A stretch of 64,000 nt of DNA from a virus, in the IMG/VR virus record IMGVR_UViG_3300032132_000001, positions 298,573 through 362,572 of that record; one strand, written 5' to 3'. Positions 15,168-25,954 of the stretch are shown here, piece after piece. Numbering within the stretch: the first letter of the stretch is position 1; every line of letters begins with the position of its first letter. Both the position numbers and the translations under genes were made by a program. The notes beneath the pieces were generated by a model. It searched no databases. It was given only the letters and a program-made list of their open reading frames with translations, and had not been told where the DNA came from.

Positions 15168-18100
15168 ATGAAACGACGTCTTATCAAGAACAAGAAGCTT
15201 GGATTCGTGGTCCGAGAGGCCGCTCCAGAAGATCCAGATCCAGAGTTCATCGAACCGGAAGATCTACCGGACGCGCCACGCCAGACTCACCGTGCTGGCG
15301 AGAAGTATATTGACCCTGATAAAAAGGACCCCGGAACCCCCATGGGCAAGGCCCGCAGGGATATTCCAGCAGGTCGGGGCCTACCAGCTGTCAAGAAGGG
15401 AGACCCGATACTATATCCTGGCCCTGGGCCAGAGAGACGGGAAATGGCTGCGCAGATGAAAGCGCAGCAAGAAAGGCGACCACAAGACATTGCAAAGGAA
15501 TTCGATAGCCAGTCTGTAATTGATGACGCCAATATGATCCATGGCCAGACCAAGCTGCGGACGAACCATCTAGCTCATCTAAACAAACTGCTTGACTGGG
15601 AAGGGGCTGAGGACGACACACGGGCTGCTGAAGCTAAGGGCGCGGTAATGCGTGCTATCACCAGGCACTCCGAAGCGCTGGCAAACCCGAAAAACGAAAA
15701 GCAAGAGAGCCTTTCCGACGAGATCGTCAGCAAGCTGAAAATCGCAGCGGCGTCAGCTGACGATCCAGATCTAGAAGGAATGGATCAAATAGAGGCAGAT
15801 GAACTATCTGCCAAGGCTACCAAAGCACTTGAACTAATAAGTGGAGATCTAATCTCGGTCGATGATTCCGAGATGGACGATTTCGAAGATATCCTCCCTG
15901 GCTTGGAGCGCGGTGAAAACGAGACCGACGAAGAGTGGATTGCTAGACTGAACGAACGCTATCGTCCACCGGAAGTAGATGAAGACACATGGCAAGAGTT
16001 CGATGACCTATTCATGGGTAAAGTGGATCCAGAAACTGGAGCACTAGACACTCTAACAAGGCAGGACATCACCTCAATAGAAAAAGCCAATGAGATGTCT
16101 ACCATTCGCGCAAGCGGTGATGGAGATCCGGAGCGTGAAGCCGCAGCGGGAATGAAGACCAGCTTGAAGCCTTACAAGACATTTATGAACAATGTCATGG
16201 CTATCAAGCAGGTAGATGACTACGACAAAAGGCGAGAACTGTTCAACAAGTACGCAACAGGCTTCGTGGCGTACATGAACCGCTATTCAGTCACAAACAT
16301 CGAAGACATTAAGACTGTAAGAGACCATGAGCGGGCTTGGAATAGCGTTGCCAGAAAGATTCTAACTATGGGTGGCGACCCGCGCCACATTAACCTTCTA
16401 GAAGAAGAGAATCGTCTAGACGCTTTCTCTAGAGACCTCATCAACATCGTGTCGTTCTACAGTCAAGAATCTGATGACAAGAATCTTAGTGCTATCTGGG
16501 ACGAGGAAGGCATTCTTCAACGTGTTGAGTACTATGAGGAGAAAGCTGCACCCCTAAGGCAGGCTCACAAAGCTGCAGAAAAGCAGAGAAGAAGTTGGGA
16601 TACTCAGGCTGAGAGAACCAAAGAAGAACTGAGAGGTGTTGGTAAGGAAGACCAAAAAGCCCGAAAGGCTGCAAAAGCCAAAAAGGAAAGAGCCGAGAAG
16701 TTCCAGGAAACTTGGACTGAGAAAGCAGAAGAAGCTAAGTCTAATCTGGATATAGTCCAAAAGCATATCGATTTCTACAGTGGTGCAGCTCAGCGATTCA
16801 CGGAACTCAAGGATCGCCAGCGAAACCAGCAGGAATCTTTTGCGTCTAGTTTGGTTGGTATCTCTAGTAGGCCAGAAGAATATCAGCAACTAATGACAGA
16901 GGTACAAGCTCTAAAGAATAGCGAAGAGCGTATTAAGAGGCAAGGTGGTAGAGCATGGTCAGTGCTTCAGGCAGCAGAGAAGAACTTCCAAGGTGTCCCT
17001 CCCCTTTCTGACAGCATGCTGAACACGCTAGGGCACCGCACTGGCAGCTTTGCAGCAAGGAAGGACCTAGAAGACCAGCTCCTCGCCATTTCGGAGACAG
17101 GACAGCTCTGGAACCCAGAAGATCCGGACTCTGAAGAACAACGGACAAAGCTTGTAGACCAGATTCAATCGTTGGAGAAATATTCAGAACTATTGGCTCT
17201 GCATGCAGAGCTTCTTGATGGAGTCTCTAAGCTAATCCCTCAAGAGTTGGGACTAGATGTAGAAGATCTACAAAGAGAACCTGTTAAGTTCCTGCAAGCT
17301 CTTGCTAGCTTCAAAGAGGCAGCAGACCAATCTGCAGCTGCGGGAGATCCACAGGCAGAAGAGAGATCAGCCCAAGCCGATAGACTTGAACAAGCTTCTA
17401 CCCAATTGGCCAATGTCCGTACTCAGGTAGCTGAAAAAGCAGACATCATGGGTCACATCGACGTGGAGTGGATGGGATCTGGCCTAGACAAAGACGATGA
17501 CGAACTGAAGGGTCACGGCGGTGGAATCGAGCGTCTAGTTGGCATTCTACGTCACATTTTGGAAAATGATGGTCAAGTACCACCAGAAGTTAGAACTGAT
17601 ATGGCCAACCAACATGGCCGACTAAAAGAGAGATTAGAAGGGGAAGTAGAGTCGCTCAAGCGTATCGCAGCGATCCGTGTACGAATGGAGAACTCCAAGT
17701 CGGATCTGGAGGTGTTCAATAGGTCGCTACAAGAGCTACACCAGGAAATCAAGAAGCTTGGAATCGTACGAAAGTACAAGGCGCACGACGAGCTATTGCG
17801 TCTGCTAGAGCAGTCGGAACCAAAATACAACGAAGATAGCTTCCATCAAGCAGTGGAACATTGGAAAAGCTTGGCTGGAGCTTCAAAAGACCGGAAGCGT
17901 CTAAGAAACGTGATGGCTCTCCAGAAGGAGCTTGGGTCCCACGAGCCGGGAAGCGACAGCTGGAAGAACATCTATTCCCAAATCCAGGAAACGATCGACC
18001 AAAGCGGCCTTGGCGACGAAATCATTCCATCAGAAGAAGACGAAGAAGACTCAGAGTTCATGGACGTGCCGGAAGGTATGACCGCCGATGAGCTAGATGA

Positions 18101-21100
18101 CTACGAAGAGGAAAACGCTCCTACTTCTATCAACAAGGCTTTGGGTAAAGCAAAAGGCGACTTCGACCCGGCGTCGTTCAGCAAAGCAATGAAAGAATGG
18201 GACCGTCTGAAACTGTCCCATGATGTCACTTCCGGGAAGGGAGAGGTAGGTGAATTCCTAAACACCTACATGGCTCAATTCAACAAGCCGATGTCCTACC
18301 AGATCATCCCTCTGGGCGCTGGTTATGTTGCGATTATCGACATCAGAATCAAGAAGCTAAAAGATCTATACCATTATCTTGAGCAGATTCGTACTGGGAA
18401 AGATGATCCGGCAGATAAAGAGTCTGAAGATCTTCCTAGCGGCATAAAAGAGCAAACTGCCGCTGCGAAGGCTAAAGAGGAATTCAGAAAGAAGGCTATT
18501 AAATCTGGCGAAATCGACCCGAACGATCCAGAAGAGAATAGAATCGACTCGGCCGACCTGTTCAACGCCCTTGGATCTCATAAGTATAAGGTAGTTGGAT
18601 CGGCCGCTCGCCGCGCTGACACATGGCAGAAGTACGGCACATTCCAGAAGCTGGTAGAGGCGCAAGAAAAGGTCCGCAAGAAAGTTGGTGACCTATTGGA
18701 CCAACTATATGGCATAGGCCAATGGCACAAAGCTCTAAAAGACCCAGAATTGCATTTGCCGCCGGGGCTGTTCCATGCTACTGGGCCAATTCGACCAGAA
18801 GACCTCACCGACAGAGGTGCTAGCCAGGGTGTGCGAGTAGAGACTGCCCCAGAAGACAAGCTGGTCGGTCTCAACACTATGCAGCAACTACATCGAAAGA
18901 GTGAAGGAAAGGCTCTAAAGGCTGAAGCGAGAAGAGCAGAAGCAGAAGAAGAGATCGCTATACTAAGGAATGCTACTCCAAACAGATTAAAGCAGAGTGG
19001 TGTTCACCTTGGGTGGGATAGTAATATTCCATATGAAAAACTCGCTTTCATGTACCAAGATACTGATTCGCCATTTTATTACAAAACTGTGAGGAACCAG
19101 CTCGCTAAACTATCTCTCCAAGGTAGTGGTGGGTCAGTAGATGAAAGGAATCTTCATAGGCGCTTGAGGAAGCTTGAAGGCCGTGCTAAGCATGCAAGAA
19201 AGATGTCTAAGATCGCTCGGTCTAAAGAGAAAGCTTGGAGGAAGCAACTTCTGTTCCTCGGAGCGCTGGCAGATGAACGCCCTGACCTATCTCCAGAATA
19301 TCTCAAAAGAAGAAGAGTGGAGATTGAGCGCAAAATAACTGAGTACAACAGTGAAAGGCGCGCATTCAACGTGAAAGTTCGTGATGTTCGCGAAGAGATC
19401 AAACAGTACAACTCTGCTAGCTGGCAAGATCTGAACACACGAGATAGGAGCAAGACCAAATCAAAGTCTGGAGGTCTGCTTGCGCCAGATGAAGTTCACC
19501 TAGCGTACGGGTTTGTTGAATATGTTACCAATACTATCAAGAAACTGGAAGGGAGAATCACTGCCGCTAATAACTCTTTGATAGGTGCCAACCAGAAGAG
19601 TACGATCGACGCCAAAAAGAAAGCGATGCTGAAGAATGCCATCAACTATCTGCTGGGAGGGCGCGATTCGTCTGGCGAAGAGATCCCGTTACACACAGTA
19701 ACAGAATATGGCCCGGACCAGAACAAGACGGTAATGTTCAACCCGGTGGTGGAGATGTATGGCTTGCGCCCATATGCCGGTAAGGGCGAGTATATGCCAC
19801 ATATCCCTCACAGGTACATGAGCGAAGAAGAAATAGACAACCGCACAATGTACTCTGCGTTGGATGCTTGCATCGATCAGCTGGCTACGATCGTTTCCGA
19901 TGTCGTACTCTACCTGATGGGTCACGGCAAGCTAATGGTTCGTGGTCATGGGTTTGCCACCGAACGTGGTTGGGCTTTCCTTCTTGCTGGTGTAGTCCAA
20001 CCATCAGCTGGCAAAGCAGGCCCAGGAAAAGCAACCGCCCTACAGAGAATTGGTCGCGACCATCTCTACTCAGTACAACTAGAAACCGAAGCGCGGGCCC
20101 TCTGGAGAGAAGGCGACGTAGACAATATCGAGATCCTATCTAAGCTCTTGAATGCTCACAGATTGAGCCGACCAAAGGGCTTTGAAGATGCGAATCTTCA
20201 ATCATTCCACCTAGCAGAGCATCTTGATAACTTCGTCGCCGATGAAGAAGGCGAAGAAGCTGAAGTAGATCAAGAGGGAATAAGGCAGCTAGCTGGAGAC
20301 GTAAGCTACAGTACAATCAAGGGTGTGATCTCTTCCTACGATAGAGTCCTGAAGAATGCTAATGAAGCTAAGGAAGCTGCGGCTGCCAGAATAGAAGAAG
20401 CACTCGAAGAAAGTGGAGAAACTCTTGAAGGGGATGAATTAGAAGATGCTATCGAAGAAGAGTGGAAGAAAGATGGGTACGGGTCCGCTATTCGATCTCT
20501 TAATTTCTACTCTAGGCTCAACGATGGTTTCAGTGAAGATGAAGCCAAAGAAATGGCAGATCGCGCTGACGGACCGAACAATCCGAGTGTCATTCAAAGG
20601 CGTCTAGAGCAAGCTGGAACGATGGAAGAGGAGCATCTTAGAAGAGTAACTTTCGCTAAGGAAGCTATCAGGCGAGCGGTGGCGGGTGCTGGATCGGTTT
20701 CTCCGCGCCTTCTCCGAAAGATCTACACTTCTGGTACCGGAGTCCTCAAATCGGTACTAGACGATTTCAAGGATGAACAATCAGCTGGCGCGAGCATCGG
20801 CGAAAGACGAGAGAAGATCAGCCATGCGATCGCTATGAATGATACTCGCGCATCTCGGATGGATGGCAATGTAGAGATGATAACTCCAAATATGGAGGCA
20901 GCCCAGGAGGCAGGAGATGAAGCGCTAATCAAGCACTATGCTTCATATATTGAAGCATGGGAAGATCACGCCGTCGAACTGCGAAATGAAATCGCTGAAC
21001 TTCAAGTACAAGATAGAGAGCTTGCTAAAAAGGGAGAAGATCTACCAGGCAAGGAACTCAACATAGATGGAATTAAGCACACGCTCAATTGGCATCGCGC

Positions 21101-23156
21101 TAAGATGCACGATGCTAGGAAAATGGACGAGCGCAGACGTGCTGAAGAAGGGCGGCTAACTAAGCTCTATCAAAACGCCAAGATGGCTCAAGAAAGAGTA
21201 GACGCGGAAGACCTCCAGATAATGATGACCGGCGGTGAAGAAGGATGGCTAGATGTTGGTCTGCTTGCACAAGAACTTGGTCTTAAAGGATCGCAAGCCA
21301 AGCGCATCAGCCAATTGGTAAATGGAGCTAGGAAAAGGACCGCTGCCGGAATCAAGAAATTGGGTAAGCCGGCGGCGATTCTAGCTAGTGGGATGGAAGA
21401 AGCGCAAAAAATCGCTGTTGGCCAAAGATATGCGCTAAACCAGAAGATCAGAGAACTACTAGAGGACTGGATCGAAGCTAAGAAGATCCCTTCTGAACTT
21501 CCATCTCGACACCGTACTGATAAGACGGACAGTACTCTTGGAAGATTCGACCAACGCGCTAAAGAATTCAACTCACCGGACATGCGCGGTGTTGGAGCAG
21601 GAAAAGTAAGAGCAGCCGATAAAGCAAGCAGCAGCGCATTGGTACTTGCAAGAGAGCTATACAGTTCTATTGGAAGCCAGCCAACTACCATAGATGAGAT
21701 TGAAGGGATCCTACAGTCTGGCCTTCAGGACAGCCGTAAGAATTTGGCCCTCTCCCGGAGGCTGTTACAAAGTTCAGAAGAAGAGCTGAAAGAAGCAATT
21801 ACTCAAAATAAAGAGCGGGAGAGATTTACCAAGTTCACGATGGACACCTTAACTAGACTGGCAGCTCACGAAGAGTTGAACCAGAAAGAAGGTGTAGAAG
21901 TGCCTCTGTTCGACGAATCTGGTCGTGTAAACATGGATATCACCGACTGGGTTCGTAATTGGGATTGGAAAGATGTCCAGAGACGAATTTCTGTAAGTGG
22001 CACCTTCCAAGAGTCGATGTCAGAAAAAGAGTTGGAAGAGTATCGTCAAAAGAGAGCAGAAGCTGCCGCTCGCGAGACCGAAGAACAACAAGCGAAATGG
22101 AATAAAGCGAAAGCCTGGCAACCATCGGACGAGCCAATCCGAGGAGAGCGTGGTACTGCTGGGATGGGCCATAGCAAGAGGGATGACCAACTTGCAAGAG
22201 AGGTGTCGGTCCCTCTTGGTAGCGTAGGACATGCAGAACTTATTGGCAACAAGTGGGAAGCTCTAACTGGTGTACGAGTCGTCGAGATTGACGAATATGG
22301 AGATAAGGAAGAGTCAGAAGAGGTAACAGCTGAACTCACCGGAATGATGGGTGGCAGAAGGAAAATCAGGATCAGAGCAAGCGGACAAGCCGACCCAGAT
22401 GCCGACTATAGGGTAGTGGGGCTCGCCGGCAAGAGGACTATTTCCCTGGACAAAGAAGTTGCGATTAAGATCACGCCTCCGCTTCCAGCGGAGACCATCG
22501 GTAAGGGTGACCTAGTTGTAATTGAAGGGGTAGACGACGCACCGTACATCAACGGCCTGAAAGGCCACATCCGGACTGTCGATTCCAAGCGTAAGCTGGT
22601 GGTAGTGGACCTATTCAAGAATGCTGTAGTCGAAGATAAATCGGTAATACTACAGTTCAAGGAAGTCTATCCTTACTATATCCAGGAAGGCTCCCGAAGG
22701 TTCAGCACGGCACCGACAGTGAGTATAACAAACCTCATTCAAGAAATCTTCGGTAGAAAGAGGATTCTAGAAAAAGCAGAGTGGAACCTGATTCCACTCT
22801 CTCTGCGAGACGGTCTTAGCATCTGCCTCACCGAAGCGATCACTTCTGACAACTGGGAAGCAGCTGAGAGAGCTACTAACCGCTTCATCCAAGATGTAGT
22901 TGTAAGCGAATCGGTGAGCGACAAGATCACCAACAAACTGAAGGTAGCATGGGGTAAGAAGTACTCACCGAAGATCTGGCGGATGGAGATCGACAAGTCT
23001 CGTAAGAGCCGAGGGTTGGCAACTCACAGGGAAAAGCTAGCCGCAAACGGTGGCTCTTCGACTACTCGATCTATCGCAGACCAGTGGATGAAAGGTCGCT
23101 CGGGAATGTCCGAAAACCAGATGGACAAAATTCTCGACACGATGCGCGATGACTAA
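15168..23156 (+). CDS. giant highly charged protein (2662 aa), probably an alpha-helical/coiled-coil structural or ejected virion protein
   Basis: Single uninterrupted ATG-initiated ORF of 7989 nt; E/K/R/D/A/Q-rich with long heptad-like stretches; I found no Walker, polymerase or protease motifs; several antisense ORFs inside are composition artefacts. Confidence 0.7.
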   Translation: MKRRLIKNKKLGFVVREAAPEDPDPEFIEPEDLPDAPRQTHRAGEKYIDPDKKDPGTPMGKARRDIPAGRGLPAVKKGDPILYPGPGPERREMAAQMKAQQERRPQDIAKEFDSQSVIDDANMIHGQTKLRTNHLAHLNKLLDWEGAEDDTRAAEAKGAVMRAITRHSEALANPKNEKQESLSDEIVSKLKIAAASADDPDLEGMDQIEADELSAKATKALELISGDLISVDDSEMDDFEDILPGLERGENETDEEWIARLNERYRPPEVDEDTWQEFDDLFMGKVDPETGALDTLTRQDITSIEKANEMSTIRASGDGDPEREAAAGMKTSLKPYKTFMNNVMAIKQVDDYDKRRELFNKYATGFVAYMNRYSVTNIEDIKTVRDHERAWNSVARKILTMGGDPRHINLLEEENRLDAFSRDLINIVSFYSQESDDKNLSAIWDEEGILQRVEYYEEKAAPLRQAHKAAEKQRRSWDTQAERTKEELRGVGKEDQKARKAAKAKKERAEKFQETWTEKAEEAKSNLDIVQKHIDFYSGAAQRFTELKDRQRNQQESFASSLVGISSRPEEYQQLMTEVQALKNSEERIKRQGGRAWSVLQAAEKNFQGVPPLSDSMLNTLGHRTGSFAARKDLEDQLLAISETGQLWNPEDPDSEEQRTKLVDQIQSLEKYSELLALHAELLDGVSKLIPQELGLDVEDLQREPVKFLQALASFKEAADQSAAAGDPQAEERSAQADRLEQASTQLANVRTQVAEKADIMGHIDVEWMGSGLDKDDDELKGHGGGIERLVGILRHILENDGQVPPEVRTDMANQHGRLKERLEGEVESLKRIAAIRVRMENSKSDLEVFNRSLQELHQEIKKLGIVRKYKAHDELLRLLEQSEPKYNEDSFHQAVEHWKSLAGASKDRKRLRNVMALQKELGSHEPGSDSWKNIYSQIQETIDQSGLGDEIIPSEEDEEDSEFMDVPEGMTADELDDYEEENAPTSINKALGKAKGDFDPASFSKAMKEWDRLKLSHDVTSGKGEVGEFLNTYMAQFNKPMSYQIIPLGAGYVAIIDIRIKKLKDLYHYLEQIRTGKDDPADKESEDLPSGIKEQTAAAKAKEEFRKKAIKSGEIDPNDPEENRIDSADLFNALGSHKYKVVGSAARRADTWQKYGTFQKLVEAQEKVRKKVGDLLDQLYGIGQWHKALKDPELHLPPGLFHATGPIRPEDLTDRGASQGVRVETAPEDKLVGLNTMQQLHRKSEGKALKAEARRAEAEEEIAILRNATPNRLKQSGVHLGWDSNIPYEKLAFMYQDTDSPFYYKTVRNQLAKLSLQGSGGSVDERNLHRRLRKLEGRAKHARKMSKIARSKEKAWRKQLLFLGALADERPDLSPEYLKRRRVEIERKITEYNSERRAFNVKVRDVREEIKQYNSASWQDLNTRDRSKTKSKSGGLLAPDEVHLAYGFVEYVTNTIKKLEGRITAANNSLIGANQKSTIDAKKKAMLKNAINYLLGGRDSSGEEIPLHTVTEYGPDQNKTVMFNPVVEMYGLRPYAGKGEYMPHIPHRYMSEEEIDNRTMYSALDACIDQLATIVSDVVLYLMGHGKLMVRGHGFATERGWAFLLAGVVQPSAGKAGPGKATALQRIGRDHLYSVQLETEARALWREGDVDNIEILSKLLNAHRLSRPKGFEDANLQSFHLAEHLDNFVADEEGEEAEVDQEGIRQLAGDVSYSTIKGVISSYDRVLKNANEAKEAAAARIEEALEESGETLEGDELEDAIEEEWKKDGYGSAIRSLNFYSRLNDGFSEDEAKEMADRADGPNNPSVIQRRLEQAGTMEEEHLRRVTFAKEAIRRAVAGAGSVSPRLLRKIYTSGTGVLKSVLDDFKDEQSAGASIGERREKISHAIAMNDTRASRMDGNVEMITPNMEAAQEAGDEALIKHYASYIEAWEDHAVELRNEIAELQVQDRELAKKGEDLPGKELNIDGIKHTLNWHRAKMHDARKMDERRRAEEGRLTKLYQNAKMAQERVDAEDLQIMMTGGEEGWLDVGLLAQELGLKGSQAKRISQLVNGARKRTAAGIKKLGKPAAILASGMEEAQKIAVGQRYALNQKIRELLEDWIEAKKIPSELPSRHRTDKTDSTLGRFDQRAKEFNSPDMRGVGAGKVRAADKASSSALVLARELYSSIGSQPTTIDEIEGILQSGLQDSRKNLALSRRLLQSSEEELKEAITQNKERERFTKFTMDTLTRLAAHEELNQKEGVEVPLFDESGRVNMDITDWVRNWDWKDVQRRISVSGTFQESMSEKELEEYRQKRAEAAARETEEQQAKWNKAKAWQPSDEPIRGERGTAGMGHSKRDDQLAREVSVPLGSVGHAELIGNKWEALTGVRVVEIDEYGDKEESEEVTAELTGMMGGRRKIRIRASGQADPDADYRVVGLAGKRTISLDKEVAIKITPPLPAETIGKGDLVVIEGVDDAPYINGLKGHIRTVDSKRKLVVVDLFKNAVVEDKSVILQFKEVYPYYIQEGSRRFSTAPTVSITNLIQEIFGRKRILEKAEWNLIPLSLRDGLSICLTEAITSDNWEAAERATNRFIQDVVVSESVSDKITNKLKVAWGKKYSPKIWRMEIDKSRKSRGLATHREKLAANGGSSTTRSIADQWMKGRSGMSENQMDKILDTMRDD

Positions 23157-25285
23157 TGCTCATTTTCACCACCGGAAGGATCAAGAGGGTTCTTAGCGAA
23201 GCGGACATTTCCGTAAAGTCTGGTAGCCAAAGAGGTTCGACCGAACCAGGCTCCCCGACGTCCCTCAGACTAGAAGCAGACCTAATTTTTTCAGGTCAAG
23301 AGTATACACGCCTGAAGCAAGAATTCCAATCAGAGCATGAGTCGGAATTCGATGATATCAGGATGAAGCTTGAGGAAATGCTGGGTCAGCCCTATGGTGA
23401 TCCTCCTCGCTCTCTTTCCAAGACTCAGGTTAGAAATCTGCTGTCGGCGCTAAGAGATGTTCACCAAGGGAGCTACAAAGACTGGCGCAAAAAGTACAAG
23501 GATGAACCCCCGAAAGAGAAGCACTATACGGACCGCCCACGGCGAGGAAAGATCAAGAAAGACAGCGACAGAATAGTATATGAGCTAGATTCTTCTGATC
23601 AATTGCAAGAGATTGTACTATTCCTCAACAAGATGGCAAGTGACCCAGATAGAATCCTGAATCTGCAGAACATGCTGAAGCAAGTATATGGCACTGAAAC
23701 TTATCCTTCAAGCGTCTTCTTCCGACAGCTAGAAGATCAAGTAAACGCAGGAGATCAAGAAGTTGTAGATCAATCGTTCCCAGAGGACGAAATAGAAGCT
23801 TTGTCGATGGGTCAATGGGTACTCCTCAAGTCTCTTGTAAACAGGAGGAGATTTATAAAGTCATTGAAAGTGTTCGATAGACGATACAATGATAGAGATA
23901 AGACAAGCAAAGAATCGCGCTCTGCTCTTCGCAAATATGCAGGTGCGATCCGCGACTTAGCTGGTAGAGTTAGTGCCTCTGTAGTGCCAACTAAGACCGT
24001 CCAATTCAGCATAATACCAGATGCTGAAACTGGACACTTCATCGTGCGGAAGTTCATCAATTCCGGCGGCGAAACAAGTACAATAGACACCACCGAAGGC
24101 CCAAGCGGCCCGATTGTGGCTCGTCACCAAAAAGGTGATCCCAATTGTGCTACTGCGATAGTTAGAGCCCAAGCCTCTACTTACAAAAAGCAAGGGTACG
24201 AAAGAAAGAAGGAAGAATACAGGGAAGATGATGAGGTCCATGAGCTTCTCAAGAAGACTTCCAAACTATTCGGATCGGGTTTCGATCAGTTCGTTGTAGA
24301 CCAACACCAGAAGAAGCTCGCTGACAAAATAAAAGAAGAGTTCGCTCCAATGAGCGAGCCTTGGCAGTTAGTCTTCCTAGGCGAACATGGAGACCAAATC
24401 GGTCGATTCAAGGCTTTGTACGGTAGAGCTGAAGATAGAGTATATGCTATCAAGGCTGAGTCGTCTGTCGCTTTGGGAAACAAGTTCGCAGAGCTACTAG
24501 AGAAAGAGCTAAGAGGACAAGATTTTAGCATAGCCAGATTGGCAGATCCTCTCCCCAACAGCAGACCGAATGGATTTGTATTCCAAACGTCGCTAGATGG
24601 AATTACCGATGTGGCTGCCGGATTAGACAGGCTGGATGATGAAGAACAGCCTGATATCGAAATCTTCCTACCTGGCATCAAGCATATGATTGCCACTGTA
24701 GTGCAAGATATGCTATATGACTACGAAGACACTCATGGGCCAAGCGAAGAACCTATCCCAGAGTATGAAGCTCTCCAGATGGATGATAGGACTAGGAAGA
24801 TATTCAGGAAATGGTTCAGTAAAAGACAAAGACCATTCGCTATCGATCACAATATGATAAAAATCGAAGGTGGCGAGATTGTTGCCCCTATCGGTGCGAA
24901 TCCGCAACCAGAGAAGGAAGTAGATCCGGAACTTGCTAATAATCCGGAAGTGCAAGATCTAATGGCGATCTTGCGTGGAGAAAAGAAGGGCGAGATCCAA
25001 GATTTCGGCCAGTGGGAACTCCACCGGATGTTCAAAGACCTACAAGATGCATCTACAGATCAAGAGGGAAACCCTATCAACTGGGCTAAAGTTGCACAAG
25101 ACTTGGGTCTAAGGAAAAAGACCCGAGATGAGTTAGAGAAAGAAGTCCAGAAGACAATGGACATCGGGAGATCTGGCCCACGACCGGAATATGTATCAAA
25201 GCCTGAGGAAGAACTGGAAGATCTCCCAGAATCTAAGATAATCGATGTGATCGCCGATCACACCCCGGAACATCCATCATGGTAG
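23156..25285 (+). CDS. large acidic hypothetical protein (709 aa)
   Basis: Start overlaps the stop of the giant gene (TAATG); D/E/K-rich. Confidence 0.6.
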   Translation: MLIFTTGRIKRVLSEADISVKSGSQRGSTEPGSPTSLRLEADLIFSGQEYTRLKQEFQSEHESEFDDIRMKLEEMLGQPYGDPPRSLSKTQVRNLLSALRDVHQGSYKDWRKKYKDEPPKEKHYTDRPRRGKIKKDSDRIVYELDSSDQLQEIVLFLNKMASDPDRILNLQNMLKQVYGTETYPSSVFFRQLEDQVNAGDQEVVDQSFPEDEIEALSMGQWVLLKSLVNRRRFIKSLKVFDRRYNDRDKTSKESRSALRKYAGAIRDLAGRVSASVVPTKTVQFSIIPDAETGHFIVRKFINSGGETSTIDTTEGPSGPIVARHQKGDPNCATAIVRAQASTYKKQGYERKKEEYREDDEVHELLKKTSKLFGSGFDQFVVDQHQKKLADKIKEEFAPMSEPWQLVFLGEHGDQIGRFKALYGRAEDRVYAIKAESSVALGNKFAELLEKELRGQDFSIARLADPLPNSRPNGFVFQTSLDGITDVAAGLDRLDDEEQPDIEIFLPGIKHMIATVVQDMLYDYEDTHGPSEEPIPEYEALQMDDRTRKIFRKWFSKRQRPFAIDHNMIKIEGGEIVAPIGANPQPEKEVDPELANNPEVQDLMAILRGEKKGEIQDFGQWELHRMFKDLQDASTDQEGNPINWAKVAQDLGLRKKTRDELEKEVQKTMDIGRSGPRPEYVSKPEEELEDLPESKIIDVIADHTPEHPSW

Positions 25286-25704
25286 AATTTGGACTAACGA
25301 GACATGTTTTAGTCACAGTGGTGAATAGCGCTGCTGGGCTGAATCAATATCCTACCACTCTTGATAGTCAGTCAGACGATCCTGAGACTTTTGTTTATCT
25401 GTCTGCTCAGCGTGCCCTGCGAAGCACCAATAAGAACAAATACAGAGATCAAGATATAATCAAGGAAGCGTTCGACCCGCAGCAGGTACCAACAGTTGTA
25501 CAAGCTTTCGGATTGGTAGGTGCGAATTTCAACGAATACACTGCCTTCAAGAGATCTAATCTAGACAACCCAGTCGGCCGAAACGAGCCCGTAAGGCTGA
25601 ACGAAGAAGTAGTATTGATAAGGAACGAGCTGCTCCCTATCCTGCGCGAGATCATAGCCCAAAGTATTTCAAGGCATAGGATCATACCAGCGAGGAAATC
25701 ATGA
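25279..25704 (+). CDS. hypothetical protein (141 aa)
   Basis: ORF with a 7-nt overlap upstream and an ATGA-type overlap downstream. Confidence 0.4.
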   Translation: MVEFGLTRHVLVTVVNSAAGLNQYPTTLDSQSDDPETFVYLSAQRALRSTNKNKYRDQDIIKEAFDPQQVPTVVQAFGLVGANFNEYTAFKRSNLDNPVGRNEPVRLNEEVVLIRNELLPILREIIAQSISRHRIIPARKS

Positions 25705-25940
25705 ATATATGGGACAAAGTTGGGATCTGGATCGTTATTTTCTCTCTCATTTTCGTCTGCCTCTACCAGCAACATCAGATAGTTGGATTGACAAGCAGAG
25801 AAGAAATGAGAGAGAAACAAATCATTCAAGCTTTTGAGATGATGCAGAAGAAGATAGAAAGTATCGAAGTAATCCAGTTCGACTTCGATTACGAAGAAGA
25901 GGAAGAAGATCCTATGATGCCCAAAGACGCCTGGTACTAG
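25701..25940 (+). CDS. small membrane protein (79 aa) with one TM helix and an acidic C-tail
   Basis: WDKVGIWIVIFSLIFVCLY hydrophobic segment followed by a charged tail ending EEEEEDPMMPKDAWY; the topology is holin-like but no lysis neighbours were seen. Confidence 0.4.
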   Translation: MNIWDKVGIWIVIFSLIFVCLYQQHQIVGLTSREEMREKQIIQAFEMMQKKIESIEVIQFDFDYEEEEEDPMMPKDAWY

Positions 25941-25954
25941 TCCAAAAATAGGTT

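Noticed and set aside
15199-22996. About 20 ORFs (60-170 aa) on both strands inside the 2662-aa gene
   Set aside because: All are nested in a single long, consistently composed ORF; they show repetitive Ser/Leu/Arg-rich antisense composition typical of shadow ORFs
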